From Octopus vulgaris (lineage: Eukaryota): a stretch of 64,000 bases of DNA. The position numbers and the translations under genes were made by a program. Shown piece by piece: positions 39,583-53,719 of the stretch. The stretch lies in the NCBI GenBank assembly GCA_951406725.2, contig OX597832.1:59024001-59088000 (forward strand), read 5' to 3'. Below the pieces are notes generated by a model that was not told the origin of the DNA, did not search any database, and worked only from the letters and a program-made list of their open reading frames with translations. Every line of letters starts with the position of its first letter. Within the stretch, counting starts at the first letter, position 1.

Positions 39583-39989
39583 GTACAGCTGTGCAATGCT
39601 TGTGCAATCTTTATATCTGCATATGATAGATTGGTGTGCGCTTGTTAGAGTCTGCATATAAGTTTGGTATTAATAGGTTACTCTCTATATATCTATACAT
39701 CCATCTATGTATATATTTTTCATAACACTGCACACACTGATGTATGTGCATGCACGCTGATGTTAGAGACAACGCAGTTTGTTTATATGTGTTTGTTTAT
39801 ATGTGCTATGTGTGTGTGTTTTTGTTTAATATGAGTGCGTATGTAGATATGTTTGGTAAGTAGACCCACTTATTACAAACCATCACATGGCAGTGACGGT
39901 TTGATGAATAATTCATTGTTTTAGAGTCGGAGAGATCGCTATCTCAGATGGCAATCTCTGCTATTCAGTGCGATCGATTCCAGAACCTC

Positions 39990-40151
39990 CGACGCCACCA
40001 CCGACACGAACACCACTATGGACACCACCACCACCATCATCATCACAAACATCAACAACAATATGGGCAGCAGCAACACTACCACCACCACCACTACCAC
40101 CACCACCGCAACCACCTCCACCGCCACCTCCACCACCACCAACAGCAACAA

Positions 40152-40189
<38 letters not shown>

Positions 40190-40421
40190 CCACCACCAAA
40201 AACTGCTGCAACAACAGAATCACCAATAACATCGGCTGCAGTAGGACTATAACTGCAACCACCACAGCCACCACCACCACCACCACTACTACTGCCACCT
40301 GCACTACCATTACTTCCGCCCGCAACACTAGTATAACTACTACCATGATCACCAATATGTTCAGCACCCAATCTACCACTACCAACTCTACCAGCGCAAC
40401 CACTTCGACTACCACCATCAG

Positions 40422-40477
<56 letters not shown>

Positions 40478-40619
40478 GTACTGCTGGTGCTGATGCTTCT
40501 GCTACTGCTGCTGCTACTTTTTCTACTACTACTCCTACTACTACTACTACTAATATACAACTGCCACAACTAGTACTACTGCTGCTACTGCGACTGCCAC
40601 CGCTGCGGCAACTTCATTG

Positions 40620-40654
<35 letters not shown>

Positions 40655-40680
40655 TTACTACTACTACTACTACTACTGCA
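39990..40680. repeat. Mixed (CAC/CAT/CAA/ACT)n trinucleotide array
   Basis: Source of the poly-T/H/P/S ORFs. Confidence 0.92.
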
Positions 40681-41450
40681 GCTTCGTCATCCTAGCTCGT
40701 TTTTATACTTTTCTTCCTGACTGATAATTGTCGGCCATGTTTGTTTCTTTAAGAGACTCCCGGACTCTATTCAATTCGGCACGGAACACATCTACTTCCA
40801 CAAAACCGCACCAATTTGGTGTTCGCTATGCACTAATTTAAACTAATTAACCGAATGACTAAAGTACAGAAATAAATAAAGTATGAGAGAAAAATACAAA
40901 CACAGAAATAAACAACGAAATATGATTAAAGAACGATTTCAAAAAAACCGTAATCAAAAGCATCCAAATAATATATATAAAAAGAAAATATTGAAATTAG
41001 GCCACATTGAATATAAATATATGCAATTTGCAGAACTAGGACATTCATTTGGTATTCTATCATAAAATGGAAGACTCAATGGTGGCTGTAATAAATGGAA
41101 TGACAGATGTGATTGGCGAAACAGTCAAAACGTGCATGTGATGTAGCCATGTCTTGGAGATGACAACTTTGAATGCAATCATCGTCAAACACGCAACGCT
41201 ATCCGGGCCCCTCGTTCAATTGGTTTCCTTTTCCGATTTCTTTCTTACATGGCTATTTCTTTTCTTTTGCTTTTTCTTTTCTATTTTTCTTTCCTTCTTT
41301 CTTTTTTTCTTTCTTTCTTTCTATTTATTTATTGTATATTCTGTTTAGTTTCGTGATTTCATTTTATTCTTGTCGTATTCATCATGCAAGTTTCACTAAC
41401 GCGACTTCTAGCTCTTTCCTCTTTTTCTTTGTTGTCGCTCTTCATTTCCC

Positions 41451-41526
<76 letters not shown>

Positions 41527-41575
41527 CTTTATTATTATTATTATTATCATTATTATTATCATTATTATTATTTAA

Positions 41576-41790
41576 AGCGGCGAGCTGGCAGAATCGTTAG
41601 CACGCCGGGCGAAATGCTTAGCGGTTTTTCGTCTGCCACTACGTTCTGAGTTCAAATTCTACCGAAGTCGACTTTTCTTTTCGTCCTTTCGAGGTCGATA
41701 AATTAAGTACCAGTTGCGTACTGGGGTCGATCTAATCGACTGATACCCTCACCAAAAGTTTCGGTCAATGTGCCTAGAATAGAATATCAT
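41576..41790 (+). mobile_element. SINE family B
   Basis: GCGGCGAGCTGGCAGAATCGTTAGCACGCCGGGCGAAATGCTTAGCGG...GTCGATAAATTAAGTACCAG; preceded by (ATT)n. Confidence 0.9.
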
Positions 41791-41879
41791 TATAATTGTT
41801 GTTGTTGTTGTTGACGCTGTTACTGTTGCTGTTGTTGTTGTTGATGCGACTATTATTATTATCATCATCATCATTATTA

Positions 41880-42170
41880 TTTTCCTTGCTCTAGTTTCTT
41901 CTGTGTGAGCGGATAACATCCTGTTGCCAGATGACATACAGGTTCTCTTTCCGCAGATTATAAGCTTTGGTAGTTTGGATTTTAACTATTGCAGAAGACA
42001 ATCAACATCCAAGCACATATCTCAAAATCTTAGCAGTCCACAATAGAGCACCTTTTGGGCTTGCTCTGCCCTCACATCAATACCAGTTTCTCCGACAAAC
42101 ATCTTGAACTTCGTTGTTAATGCTCCGAGTACCCCTACCACTATTTGGATAACAGTTACTCTCATCATTG
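41880..42170 (-). mobile_element. R4/Dong-like (RLE) LINE 3' end
   Basis: RVTVIQIVVGVLGALTTKFKMFVGETGIDVRAEQAQK then (frameshift) ALLWTAKILRYVL matches the R4/Dong C-terminus (IPIVVGALG..QK..LLGTA.ILR); ends in (AAT)n. Confidence 0.78.
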
Positions 42171-42850
42171 CTATTATTATTACTATTATCATGTAAAAAG
42201 AGGAGACACATGGGACAAAAAGTCGCTGAAGAGGCCACAAGATATGTGACGAAGGATTTCAGAGAGAGGAAACTAAAACAAAGAACAATGGTGAATCTGA
42301 AGTGATGAACGAATATAGAGTGCGTGTGTTTATTAAAAAAATGACCGTCCCCAAATATGACATTATCTGTTACAACAAATAATTTCACATCAGGAATTTT
42401 GCAATGCAAATACATAAACATGAAAGCATATCATTTTAAGGCTAATGCATGCTATTTTATCGATCACGAATACTATTTCGTGGTTTGGTGGCAACAGATC
42501 TCCCCAGATCTCAAGACTGTTTCTGAAGATTGTGACACAATACAGAATATCGCTTTTCCTCATGTCAACACGGCTTACTTCAATTTCCGGGTACCGTTCA
42601 TCCCTTGAACCAGCAGTTTCGATGCAGTAAATGTGCGTCAACTAGCATGGAAGCAATTGCCACTTTCTTGTCCATAATATCTTCATATCTACACCAGATG
42701 TAGAAATTTGTGAAGATATGCTTACATTCAAAAGTATCCCTATATAGATTTCAGGCTATCAATGATGCATATATATATATATATAATAAAAAAAAGTGAC
42801 AACAAAAGAATGAGACCTCGATATTAGGTAAATAGATGATATTTATGTAA

Positions 42851-42964
42851 GTATAGTTTAGGGCAATCAGTATGTTGTCACAATAGTACTCGGAATTTCA
42901 AGTGCCGGAACATTTGAAACTCCGAGTACTATTATGACAACTTACTGATTGTTCTATACTATAC
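42851..42964. repeat. Near-perfect palindrome (~54-bp arms)
   Basis: GTATAGTTTAGGGCAATCAGTA..TAGTACTCGGAATTTCAA / TTGAAACTCCGAGTACTA..TACTGATTGTTCTATACTATAC. Confidence 0.88.
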
Positions 42965-43069
<105 letters not shown>

Positions 43070-43907
43070 AGGAATGACTTATAGGTGGATTCCGAATATG
43101 CTAAAGGTAGACCCCATATAGTCTGACCACTAAGAAAAATTCTTCTCAAGAAATTTCGGCAAACGCCAGACCGTAAAGCGAGCAAGACAAATGAGAAGAT
43201 ACAAAATTTAGTGATGAGTCACATACCTAGATTTACGTAACATTTACGTAAATGTCTGCAAATCATCAGTGTGACCGTCGAGGAAAATATAATTTACAGA
43301 ACTATAAACGAGACGTCCTCCCGAGGGAGAACATTACACAGTACTATGAATTATATTTGGGGGTATATTTCAAACATAGCATATTAGGAATTGACCTAGT
43401 GGTTATTCCTTTTATATGTATGAAATAAAATTTTTCTGAATCTTCGGATTTTAAAAAAATATGCTAGGCCACTGGTTGAAATTGATATTTTTGATTTAAT
43501 TAATATTAATTTTACCCTCATTATATAAATTTATATATATAACATCGCAGCAATTATGTCCCATCGCAAATTTAAAACCGGTGTTGGTGTGTTTACGTTC
43601 TGTTTGAATTACTGTTTTAACGAAAGGTTTCGAGTGAATAAATACAAGGCTTTAAAAGATTTTAATAATGAATTGGGATCGATTAGTTCAAGAAAATATT
43701 TTGCAAGCCGTTAGCAACACATGTTTGTTGTCTAATGATTGAAGGAGTTAAAATATTATATACATATGTGTTTATGTGTTTGTGTGTATGCATGTATGTA
43801 ACATGTACGTATCTATGTAAATATACACATGCATAAACGTATACATATATAAACGTATATATATGCATATCTGCCAATTTATCTACCAATATATCTACTT
43901 GTGCTAT

Positions 43908-43968
<61 letters not shown>

Positions 43969-44066
43969 ATCTATCTATCCGTCAATATAAATGCATCTCT
44001 CACCTACCTCCCTCTCTATCGATCTGTGCATATATATATATGTACACATACACACACATGGATACC

Positions 44067-44127
<61 letters not shown>

Positions 44128-44247
44128 TGGCCTGCTCGCTTAGCCAGCGGGGTGGCGTCATTCGAAGGCTAAAACAATGCGAACGCATTGTGACCAGCGA
44201 TGTGTAACAACATCTGATGGTCTGGTCGGTCACGTGGTCACGTGATA
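44128..44247 (+). repeat. Short structured GC-rich insert in (TA)n
   Basis: Hairpin ACAATGCG-AA-CGCATTGT, tandem GGTCACGTG end, TA repeats on both sides; probably a retroelement 3' end. Confidence 0.5.
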
Positions 44248-44909
44248 TATATGTATATATATACATGCATATGCCTAAATGTCTGAGTGTGCATTCGTCT
44301 ATTAAAAGTACGTTCATGCAAATTTTTTAGATATATCGATATATTTTCACATGTATACAGACGCTAACACACACACAGAAACATACACACACACACACAA
44401 ACGCACACACACATTTACATATATACTGAGAGAGAGTGTGAGCGATAAAGACAAGCACATATATATATATATACATATATATAATTATTTTTGTGTGTTC
44501 AGATCAGATGTGCGTGTATAGAGTTAATATATAACTTCACTTAAGTTTGCTTCTATGAAACGGGGAAGTTCGTTGAGATAGAGCAGACATCATGTGAATA
44601 ACTCCCAATGGACCGACTGAATGTTCACTCAATCAACTTTATAACTCGCCCTCGTCGTAAACTATGTTATCGTATTAAGACACACCATAACTGCACACAA
44701 ATAGTAATATGATTAAGCAGGCAAAATCCAGCGTCTTACCTTGTTGCTATTAGCCAATATGGCTGCTACACAACGCTGTTGCCTTTTAATGTAAAGCCAG
44801 AAATAAGTACCTCAGCATTCATTAACAACTTTCTTTTCTTCTTTCTCTCTCTTTCACTGTCTCTCTCCCCATCTCTCTACCCCTCTCCTTCCTTCCTTCA
44901 TTCGTTCTT

Positions 44910-44942
<33 letters not shown>

Positions 44943-45107
44943 GTAGTCCTTTCGAATTTTATATTTCCTTTTCTCAACTTTGCATTTATTTTGTCTTTTC
45001 TCCATCTTTTCTCTCGTCTATCTATCTATCTATCTATCTTGTCTGTCTGTCTATCTAGGTATCTATTTATCTATTTCTTTCCCATTAGATATATATATAT
45101 ATCTGTA

Positions 45108-45179
<72 letters not shown>

Positions 45180-45220
45180 AATCAATCAATCTGTCTGTCT
45201 GTGCATGTAGGTATGTATAC

Positions 45221-45280
<60 letters not shown>

Positions 45281-45600
45281 ATATACATACATGTACACAC
45301 TTACGCACGCACATGTACATATGTTTGTACTTCCGCGTATTTGTGTGAGTTATTGTCTTTTTTATATTTTTCATATTACGAGTAGCACCTGTCTTTGTAA
45401 ACCTAAATAAATATTCATGTCAGTCGTTCTTAGCATTTTTTCATACAAGTAAGTCTGCTAGAGGTGTTTTTTTTAACGTGAGCACAACATAACATGCCTA
45501 AATGAATTTTTTCCTTTATTTCTTTCGTTTGATTCTTTTCCTCATATTAGGAAATTGAAGCTGCTTTATTCCGAGTCAATAACATTTAGTTCATTACCAT

Positions 45601-45905
45601 GGGGGGGATGGAAGCACTCCGTCGTTTACGACGATGAGGGTTCCGGTTGATCCGAATCAACGGAACAGCCTGCTCGTGAAATTAACGTGTAAGTGGCTGA
45701 GCACTCTACAGACACGTGTACCCTTAACGTAGTTCTCGGGGATATTCAGCGTGACACAGAGAGTGACAAGGCCGGCCCTTTGAAATACAGGTACAACAGA
45801 AACAAGAAGTAAGAGTGAGAGAAAGTTGTGGTGAAAGAGTACAGCAGGGATCACCACCATCCCCTGCCGGAGCCTCGTGGAGCTTTAGGTGTTTTCGCTC
45901 AATAA
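45601..45905 (-). mobile_element. SINE family C, 5'-truncated, 13-bp TSD
   Basis: AGTTCATTACCAT at 45588-45600 and 45906-45918; body matches 12845-13135. Confidence 0.92.
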
Positions 45906-46358
45906 AGTTCATTACCATATCGTCTGTCGAAACTGGCTAACGACGTAAGTGGTGAGTTCTATTTGCAGAAACAAAACGCGTACCAGCGTTAAAAGTATAT
46001 TTACTAGCCTTTAGTTGAGGTAAAACTACTTTACCCACGTTCGATATTAATTATGCTGATTAGTATAATATTACTAATATATTATTATAAAATATTACCA
46101 CATCACCATGTAATTTATTTTCGCCGCTCTAAATATACTTGAATATATTGAATATGTATTTCATACACCAATTTTCCATCCATCCTGCCATCCTTACATA
46201 CGTACATACATGGATACATATATATACGTACTCATACATACACTCATACATATACATATGCATACATGCATACACACATGTGTATATGTATGTATGTATA
46301 TATGTATGTATGTGTGTATGTATGTGTGTATGTATGTATGTATGTATGTATGTATATG

Positions 46359-46394
<36 letters not shown>

Positions 46395-46398
46395 TGTG

Positions 46399-46470
<72 letters not shown>

Positions 46471-46777
46471 CTGTTGTATCTGGGGAGAGTCATCCTCTTT
46501 TAGTGCCTTATAATTTAACGCACTCACCGGTAAAATTCCCACTCATTTCTTTTATATTTTACTAAAATTTTCGTCTCTCAGAGTCAAAACTATTGAAAAG
46601 GTTGCAAGACGCAACGAAAATTTTAGAAAAATAATAACAGAAATAAGTGTAAATTTTGCCGGTGAGTGTGTTAAATTATAAGGCACCAAAAGAGAATGAC
46701 TCTCTCCAGACACAACAGTATATGCTTCAACACACAAACTCACATAAATCATCTTGCAAAAGAAATCCAAAATCGAA

Positions 46778-46780
<3 letters not shown>
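46471..46780. mobile_element. Palindromic (foldback) repeat, copy 2
   Basis: ~100-bp arms 46471-46574 / 46613-46718 plus an asymmetric tail shared with 23914-23972. Confidence 0.85.
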
Positions 46781-46808
<28 letters not shown>

Positions 46809-47224
46809 TGTATATATGTAAATTTCGAACGATGAAAATGAGTGCTCAACATCGCATTGGTGGATATAATGTCTTTATTTGTGAATTGAGGCTACTGTTG
46901 GTTTCATGTTAAGAAAAATAGGAATATAACTTATTGTTTTAACAAATGTTCGAGTCCATCACATGGAGAAAGGTGTTCGCTTCCATTTTGGAAAACACCA
47001 ATATATATATCGACATGTGTTAAAGAATGGAGCAGATAATACCAGTCTTCATATGTTTCATAGCGAGTGGAACATCGAAAGTGGTAGATATCCAATCGGT
47101 GTGCATACCACAGGCTACTCGTCAGGTCAAGAGTATCTTGATTAAATGAAGTTTACATTACCGTAACCGGGTAAATGTTAACAGATGGAAGATACATCGG
47201 AATATATTCTTTTATTTCGTGGTC

Positions 47225-47620
47225 TATTATTTGTTTCAGTCATTTGTCTGCAGCTATGTTGGGGCACCGCATTTACTCGACCAAATCGACCCCAGGACTT
47301 ATTCTTCGCAAGTCCAGTACTTATTCTAAGTTACGGGGACCTAAACACACCAACATCGGCTGTCAAAGTAATGTTGGAGGGGGAAAAAAACGCACACACA
47401 CACGCATGCACATACACAAACACACACACACACACAAACATATATATATATATATACATATACGGCGGGCTTTATTCAGTTTCTGTCTATCAATTCCACT
47501 CACAAAGCTTTGGTCGGTCCGAGGCTATAGTAGAAGACACTTGCTCAAGTGACACGCAATGGGACTGAACCCGGAGCCATGTTGTTGGTAAGCAAGCTTC
47601 TTACCACATAGCCACTCCTA
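47225..47620 (-). mobile_element. SINE family A
   Basis: TTGTTTCAGTCATTTG...GGACTGAACCCGGAGCCATG..GCCACTCC. Confidence 0.88.
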
Positions 47621-47704
47621 CACGTATATATATAATTACACATACACAAACACACGCACACATACACACATACATATAAAAAAATATTCCCTCAAATAAT
47701 TATT

Positions 47705-47787
<83 letters not shown>

Positions 47788-47871
47788 TAATGTAGGATAA
47801 ACATTTTTCTAAAAAAATTCTATGAGTGGTCAGCATATTAAAAAATACCTTTAAGGGTTAAATTTATAAAC

Positions 47872-48182
<311 letters not shown>

Positions 48183-48646
48183 TTCATACATACAAATATA
48201 GGTCGTTCTTTAACTTATCAACTAAGGAGAACATGTGTTTCTGAGGAGGTCAAATTATACTGAAACTCGTACTTTCTTTTCGCCATTTAGTTCTAAACCT
48301 AGAACCACTCCAATGTGCATTCCGCATGATCTATAAAAAGTTTGATCAACTGATCGTATTTGAGTTAAATACTTTAGTTTTTGATCTTAGAGTTTATTTC
48401 TCTTTAGAGATAGTTATTGGGCAACACCTGCTTGGTTTATCTCAGAGAACTCCAGACAATTATATTACTTGAAAGACTTTATGTTATTTATATTAAGTAT
48501 GTAGAAATCTTCATTCAAGTTATCTTTCCCCTGACAATATGGTTGAAGTTCTTCAAGTCGAGTACCGTAGGAAGAGGTAGTATTAGCATGTTTATGCACG
48601 GGTCATACACCGGAAGATGTACAGAAAGAGAATAGAGGAACGAGAG

Positions 48647-48720
<74 letters not shown>

Positions 48721-48765
48721 TGAGAGAGAGCGTGTGGATATTTCATTCACACATATCCCACCCCC

Positions 48766-48844
<79 letters not shown>

Positions 48845-49021
48845 ATGTATATATATATATTTATATATATATGTATATATATATATGTATGTGTGTATGT
48901 GTGTGTGTAAGAGTGAGTGTATCTATCTAACTATATATGTGTATATATATATATATATACATACATGTATACATACATACATATATACATACATACATAC
49001 ATACATACATACATACATACA

Positions 49022-49056
<35 letters not shown>

Positions 49057-49779
49057 GGAGTCCGCTAATACAGTATACACACACTTCTAAGAGACGAAAA
49101 TCATGTAGTAGTATGCCTATAATAAATTCATTCAGATATCACGAGATTAATACAAGTTATCTTTATCCGTTATTTTTACTTTTGTGATGTGGGAGACGCT
49201 TTTTCAAAATGAATATTTTAATGCAAACTTTTCAAAAAAAACAAAAAAGGTTTTAATACCATAATTTTTAGTATTGCTGAGGTTTTGAAGAGAAAAATGT
49301 TAGGTTGCACTCGATCAATTGTTGACGTAGTCATTGAGCAAAAATATTTTCAAATATTTTCAAAAATATAAATATGAAAAACTGGACATTTCCATATGAC
49401 GTTTTGATACCATTGTATGCTACAGTAACAAAATGGCAGAGATACGGTTGGATTGCGTTGCAATTATGTTACTTAATAGTAATGTAAGGCTATTTCAAAG
49501 TGGTATTTTAAATGTGCGAATGTTGTTGATGTTTAACAACAATGGAATTGTGAGTTCAGAAGAGAACCACCAACACTTTTGACAATTTCATGGATTCGCA
49601 ATAAGCTCGAAATATAGTATAATGGTTTTTGTTTTGTTTTTGTTTTTGAAAGGAAAATCTGGCAGAAAATGCTGCTTCTTTAGCTCTGATGTTGAGATAT
49701 TTTACTTACGCCCCACAAAAGTTTATTGCACCGTGTTCCACAATGTTCACATGATACAGAAATTGCATTACAAGCAAAC

Positions 49780-50470
49780 TGTGCATTCTTAAAAGACCTA
49801 AGAGCAAATTCAACAGCCCACATTTACTACACACAATTACAAATGACGGTCCTGATCGACGAATAGATTTTTGTAAGTGGTTTCAACACATGGTGGGCTA
49901 AGATGTAGGACGAATGTGTGATCAAAAACAAGGACAATCGAATCTAAATCGAACAGTAAAGCGGCTTAATTTTAATTACTGGACACTAGCAAACCCTTGC
50001 TTGCATGTTTGAGGAAGCAGTCAAATTACCGGGGTTCAATGTCTCGTATGGAGTGTCATCAAGAGTTTAAATGGGACAATTTTCCTTCGAAGGTACAGTT
50101 AGTAATGAAACGTACCTAGACAATGCTACGTACATACATTTTATCTCACATCCAAGAATTTTGTGAAAATGATGTAATCTTCCTTTCAACAACATGACGC
50201 ATCGCTACGACACTACTACCGAGACATGTAGGCTTACTAGGATGTGAATCTACAAGGCGATTGGATAGAACAAAGAGGTGCTGTTTGGTTCCCTGCAAGT
50301 CCTCCGGATTTATCACCTGCAGACATATTTGTGGGACACTCCCTCCCAAGGAAGCCATGTATCGCAGAAACCGACTACACTGACGCATCTTCAGGAAGAA
50401 GTAAGGGCATCATTTACAATCCCGCAGGCAAATAAGACAAAAGCAGCAATTCGCCATAAGCGACTCTAAG
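49780..50470 (+). mobile_element. Old Tc1/mariner (DD41D/rosa-like) transposase remnant
   Basis: PHLLHTITNDGPDRRIDFCKWF, FEGTVSNETYL.ML and GDWIEQRGAVWFPASPPDLSPADIF across frameshifts. Confidence 0.8.
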
Positions 50471-50689
50471 CTAATGACCACCACTCTCAACGCTTTTCAT
50501 AATTGCAGAGGATAAAGGTAACTTCTGCTAATCCTGTAAAGTCTCAATAAATTAAGTATTGACATATTTCTACTCTTTTTTTCTCTTCATAAAGTGTGCG
50601 TGCATACATTCGTTTTCATTGACTCGGTAAGTGTATATATATATATGTGTGTGTGTGTATGTGTGTGTTTGTGTATATATATGTATATG

Positions 50690-50781
<92 letters not shown>

Positions 50782-51182
50782 AGCTCACATGCACAGGGGG
50801 CACAGAAAGAGAGTGAAAGAGAGAAGAAAACTGATTTAATCAGATCTCTTTCTACCTATTTCTTATTTCATTGCTTCAGCCGTGGCCATATTAATTATAG
50901 TGTTTACAAATAGAAAAGCTTCTGGGCGACTTAATTATACGCTGAGGCTTTTAATAAATATTAATATATCACATGTGGAGATGTTGCTAATCAGAAAAGA
51001 AGACAAGGAAAAAGTGAAAATTTAAAAACTGTAACAAATATTCGAATAAAATAAATAAAAAAAACAATGTTCCCTTCTGGAAACTCGAGCAAGCTTAATC
51101 AAATGCATTTCGTTTGGCATTTTGTAACATTTTTCATAATCGAAATCATGCACTGATTTCATGTATTGTTCAGAAAAGATTA

Positions 51183-51325
51183 TTTCTGAGTTCAAATGAT
51201 GCCGCTGTCTACTTGCCTCTCATCTTTTCGAGGTCGATAAAATAGTACCAATTGAACACTGGAAACGCTTTAATCGACATAACATCTCCTCCGAAGATTC
51301 CTGGCCTTGTTCCAAAATTTGCTAT
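51183..51325 (+). mobile_element. SINE family B (old, partial)
   Basis: TTCTGAGTTCAAAT..TTGCCTCTCATCTTTTCGAGGTCGATAAAATAGTACC. Confidence 0.7.
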
Positions 51326-51364
51326 TATGATTTTATAGTTGACTGTATATATATATTTATTTAT

Positions 51365-51596
51365 TTATTCTTTATTGCCCCCAAGGGGCTAAACATAGAA
51401 GGGATGAACAATGACAGACAAAGGGACTAAATCGATTACATCGACCCCAGTGCGTAACTGTTATTTGATTAATCGACCCCGAATGGATGAAAGGCAAAGT
51501 CGACCTCGGAGGAATTTGAACTCAGAACGTAGCGCAGATGAAATACTGCTAAGCATTTCGCCGGGCGTGCTAACGTTTCTGCCAGTTCACCGTCTT
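51365..51596 (-). mobile_element. SINE family B
   Basis: Same structure as 4236-4465. Confidence 0.88.
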
Positions 51597-51631
51597 ATAT
51601 ATATATTGTGTGTTATTTTCTGTTATTGGGG

Positions 51632-51763
<132 letters not shown>

Positions 51764-52104
51764 CCTTGAAATCAAGATATACAGACATGATCTTACAAGT
51801 GTGCCCTGGTAGAATTTTCTTGTGGTCGAGTATCCCCTCCGCTCAAAATGTCATTGAATAAGGGTCGTTTAAGAATTATGAACGAAACACCTATATTTCT
51901 AGGCATGAATTATTCAAACCCCAAAGAATCCTTCTCAACACAAGGCTATGATGCTTCCCCACTACTTCTGCTCGTGATCAGAGGTGCACATATCGTCAGC
52001 CACTAAGGGACATGGTCAACTGGTTAAGGTCAAACAACTGACAAGCAAATCTGTGGTATTGAGCAGAATATTTGCTGTAGGTCATCTTTTATATCAAGAC
52101 AAAA

Positions 52105-52436
52105 AAAGACGACTGTTGTTATCGTTAGGCCTAACTCATCGTAAAGTCAATACCACCATGACTGATATCCAATCTACAGTGGAGAAGGCTAGCCACTGGA
52201 TTTGGTTAAAAAGAGACGATGAGCGATGGCTAGAAGTATATTGAGTTCATCATAACCAGCTGATCTAGCAAGCGGGGCCTCATATCAGTGAGGGGGGCCG
52301 GTGCGCATTGATGCCGTCGAGAGGTAGGCCCCGAAACGGCGCGCATTCTCTCCTGATGACCCCATACACTTGCTAGCTTCCGATATACGGAGCTTTTAAC
52401 TGGTAGCACTTGCATGTGCAAGTTGTTTGCAAGATA
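52105..52436 (+). mobile_element. HERO-like RLE non-LTR retrotransposon 3' end (ORF C-terminus + 3' UTR)
   Basis: RRLLLSLGLTHRKVNTTMTDIQSTVEKASHWIWLKRDDERW* fits the HERO-type terminus (LL..LG.......AE.AS.WLWL.R...W); followed by a GC-rich structured UTR. Confidence 0.75.
52265..52376 (+). ncRNA. Candidate permuted, pseudoknotted hammerhead-like RNA
   Basis: GUC site, GAAA and CUGAUGA all present, with perfect stem III (GCCGT/ACGGC) and stem I (GAGAG/CTCTC), but GAAA lies between the cleavage strand and CUGAUGA. Confidence 0.6.
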
Positions 52437-52514
52437 TCATGATAACAGTTCCAATCAGTTAAGATCAGAAGCTATGAGAGCCGCTGCCTGTTACTGCATC
52501 AGAGCATTTATTCT

Positions 52515-52555
52515 CATTATTCTTATTGTTGTTGATGTTGTTGATGTTATTATTA

Positions 52556-52637
<82 letters not shown>

Positions 52638-52710
52638 TCTTCTTCTTCTTATTATTATTATTATTATGATCATTATGATGATCATCATCATCTTCGTAAT
52701 CATTATTTTT
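52515..52710. repeat. (ATT)n array
   Basis: Trinucleotide runs. Confidence 0.9.
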
Positions 52711-52714
52711 TAAA

Positions 52715-52925
52715 TACTGAGATGGCAGAATTGTTATTTTGGCGGTCAAAATGCTTAACGGCATTTCGTCCGCCGTTACGTTCAGAGTTCACATTAACCG
52801 GGGTTGAATTTTCCTTTCATCCCATTCAGGATATAGGAAAAGGAGTACCACGTGAACACTAGTTTCTATGTGATCGACGTACTACCTCCATTGCAATTGC
52901 TGGCCTTGTGCCAAAATTCGAAGCC
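52715..52925 (+). mobile_element. SINE family B (diverged)
   Basis: GAGATGGCAGAATTGTTA..AAATGCTTAACGGCATTTCGTC..CCTTTCATCCC..GGCCTTGTGCCAAAATT. Confidence 0.75.
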
Positions 52926-53200
<275 letters not shown>

Positions 53201-53326
53201 AATTTTTTATCACTTTTATTCATGTGTAGGAATGGCGTCACCGCAGTTCAGACACCATAATGGAAGTCTTTTTACACACATAGAAAAGAAAAGAATAAAT
53301 ACAACTAATATTACATGGAGAGAGAC

Positions 53327-53390
<64 letters not shown>

Positions 53391-53489
53391 CATACATACA
53401 TTTATATGTATATTATATATATATATATACGTGCATGTATATATATATATATATATATGTATGCCTATATAGATATTTATATATGCATA

Positions 53490-53532
<43 letters not shown>

Positions 53533-53719
53533 TGTGAAGCTGTTGTGCTGTCGTTTTTTTCTAAGGCTTTGTAATATTTTTTTTCTTTTGGCGTATCTAT
53601 TGTTGATATTTGTGTTGTTGTTGCTTTCGCTGATGTCATTATCATATCTGTTGTTACTGTTGTTAGGTTGATTATAATCTTAGACAGTTGTGCTTGACGC
53701 TTGTTGCCGCATGAAAAGC

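Larger units (their letters stand above)
51790..52510. repeat. Unclassified interspersed repeat split by the HERO-like insert
   Basis: Recognised from memory as a common octopus repeat. The sequence appears to resume at CATGATAACAGTTCCAATCAG after the insert; there is no second copy in the window. Confidence 0.4.

Noticed and set aside
39939-40695. 200+ aa ORFs (poly-T mucin-like, poly-H, poly-P)
   Set aside because: Open in several frames on both strands because of trinucleotide repeats.
42430-42720. SPDL motif suggesting Tc1 transposase
   Set aside because: A single short motif without flanking catalytic residues.
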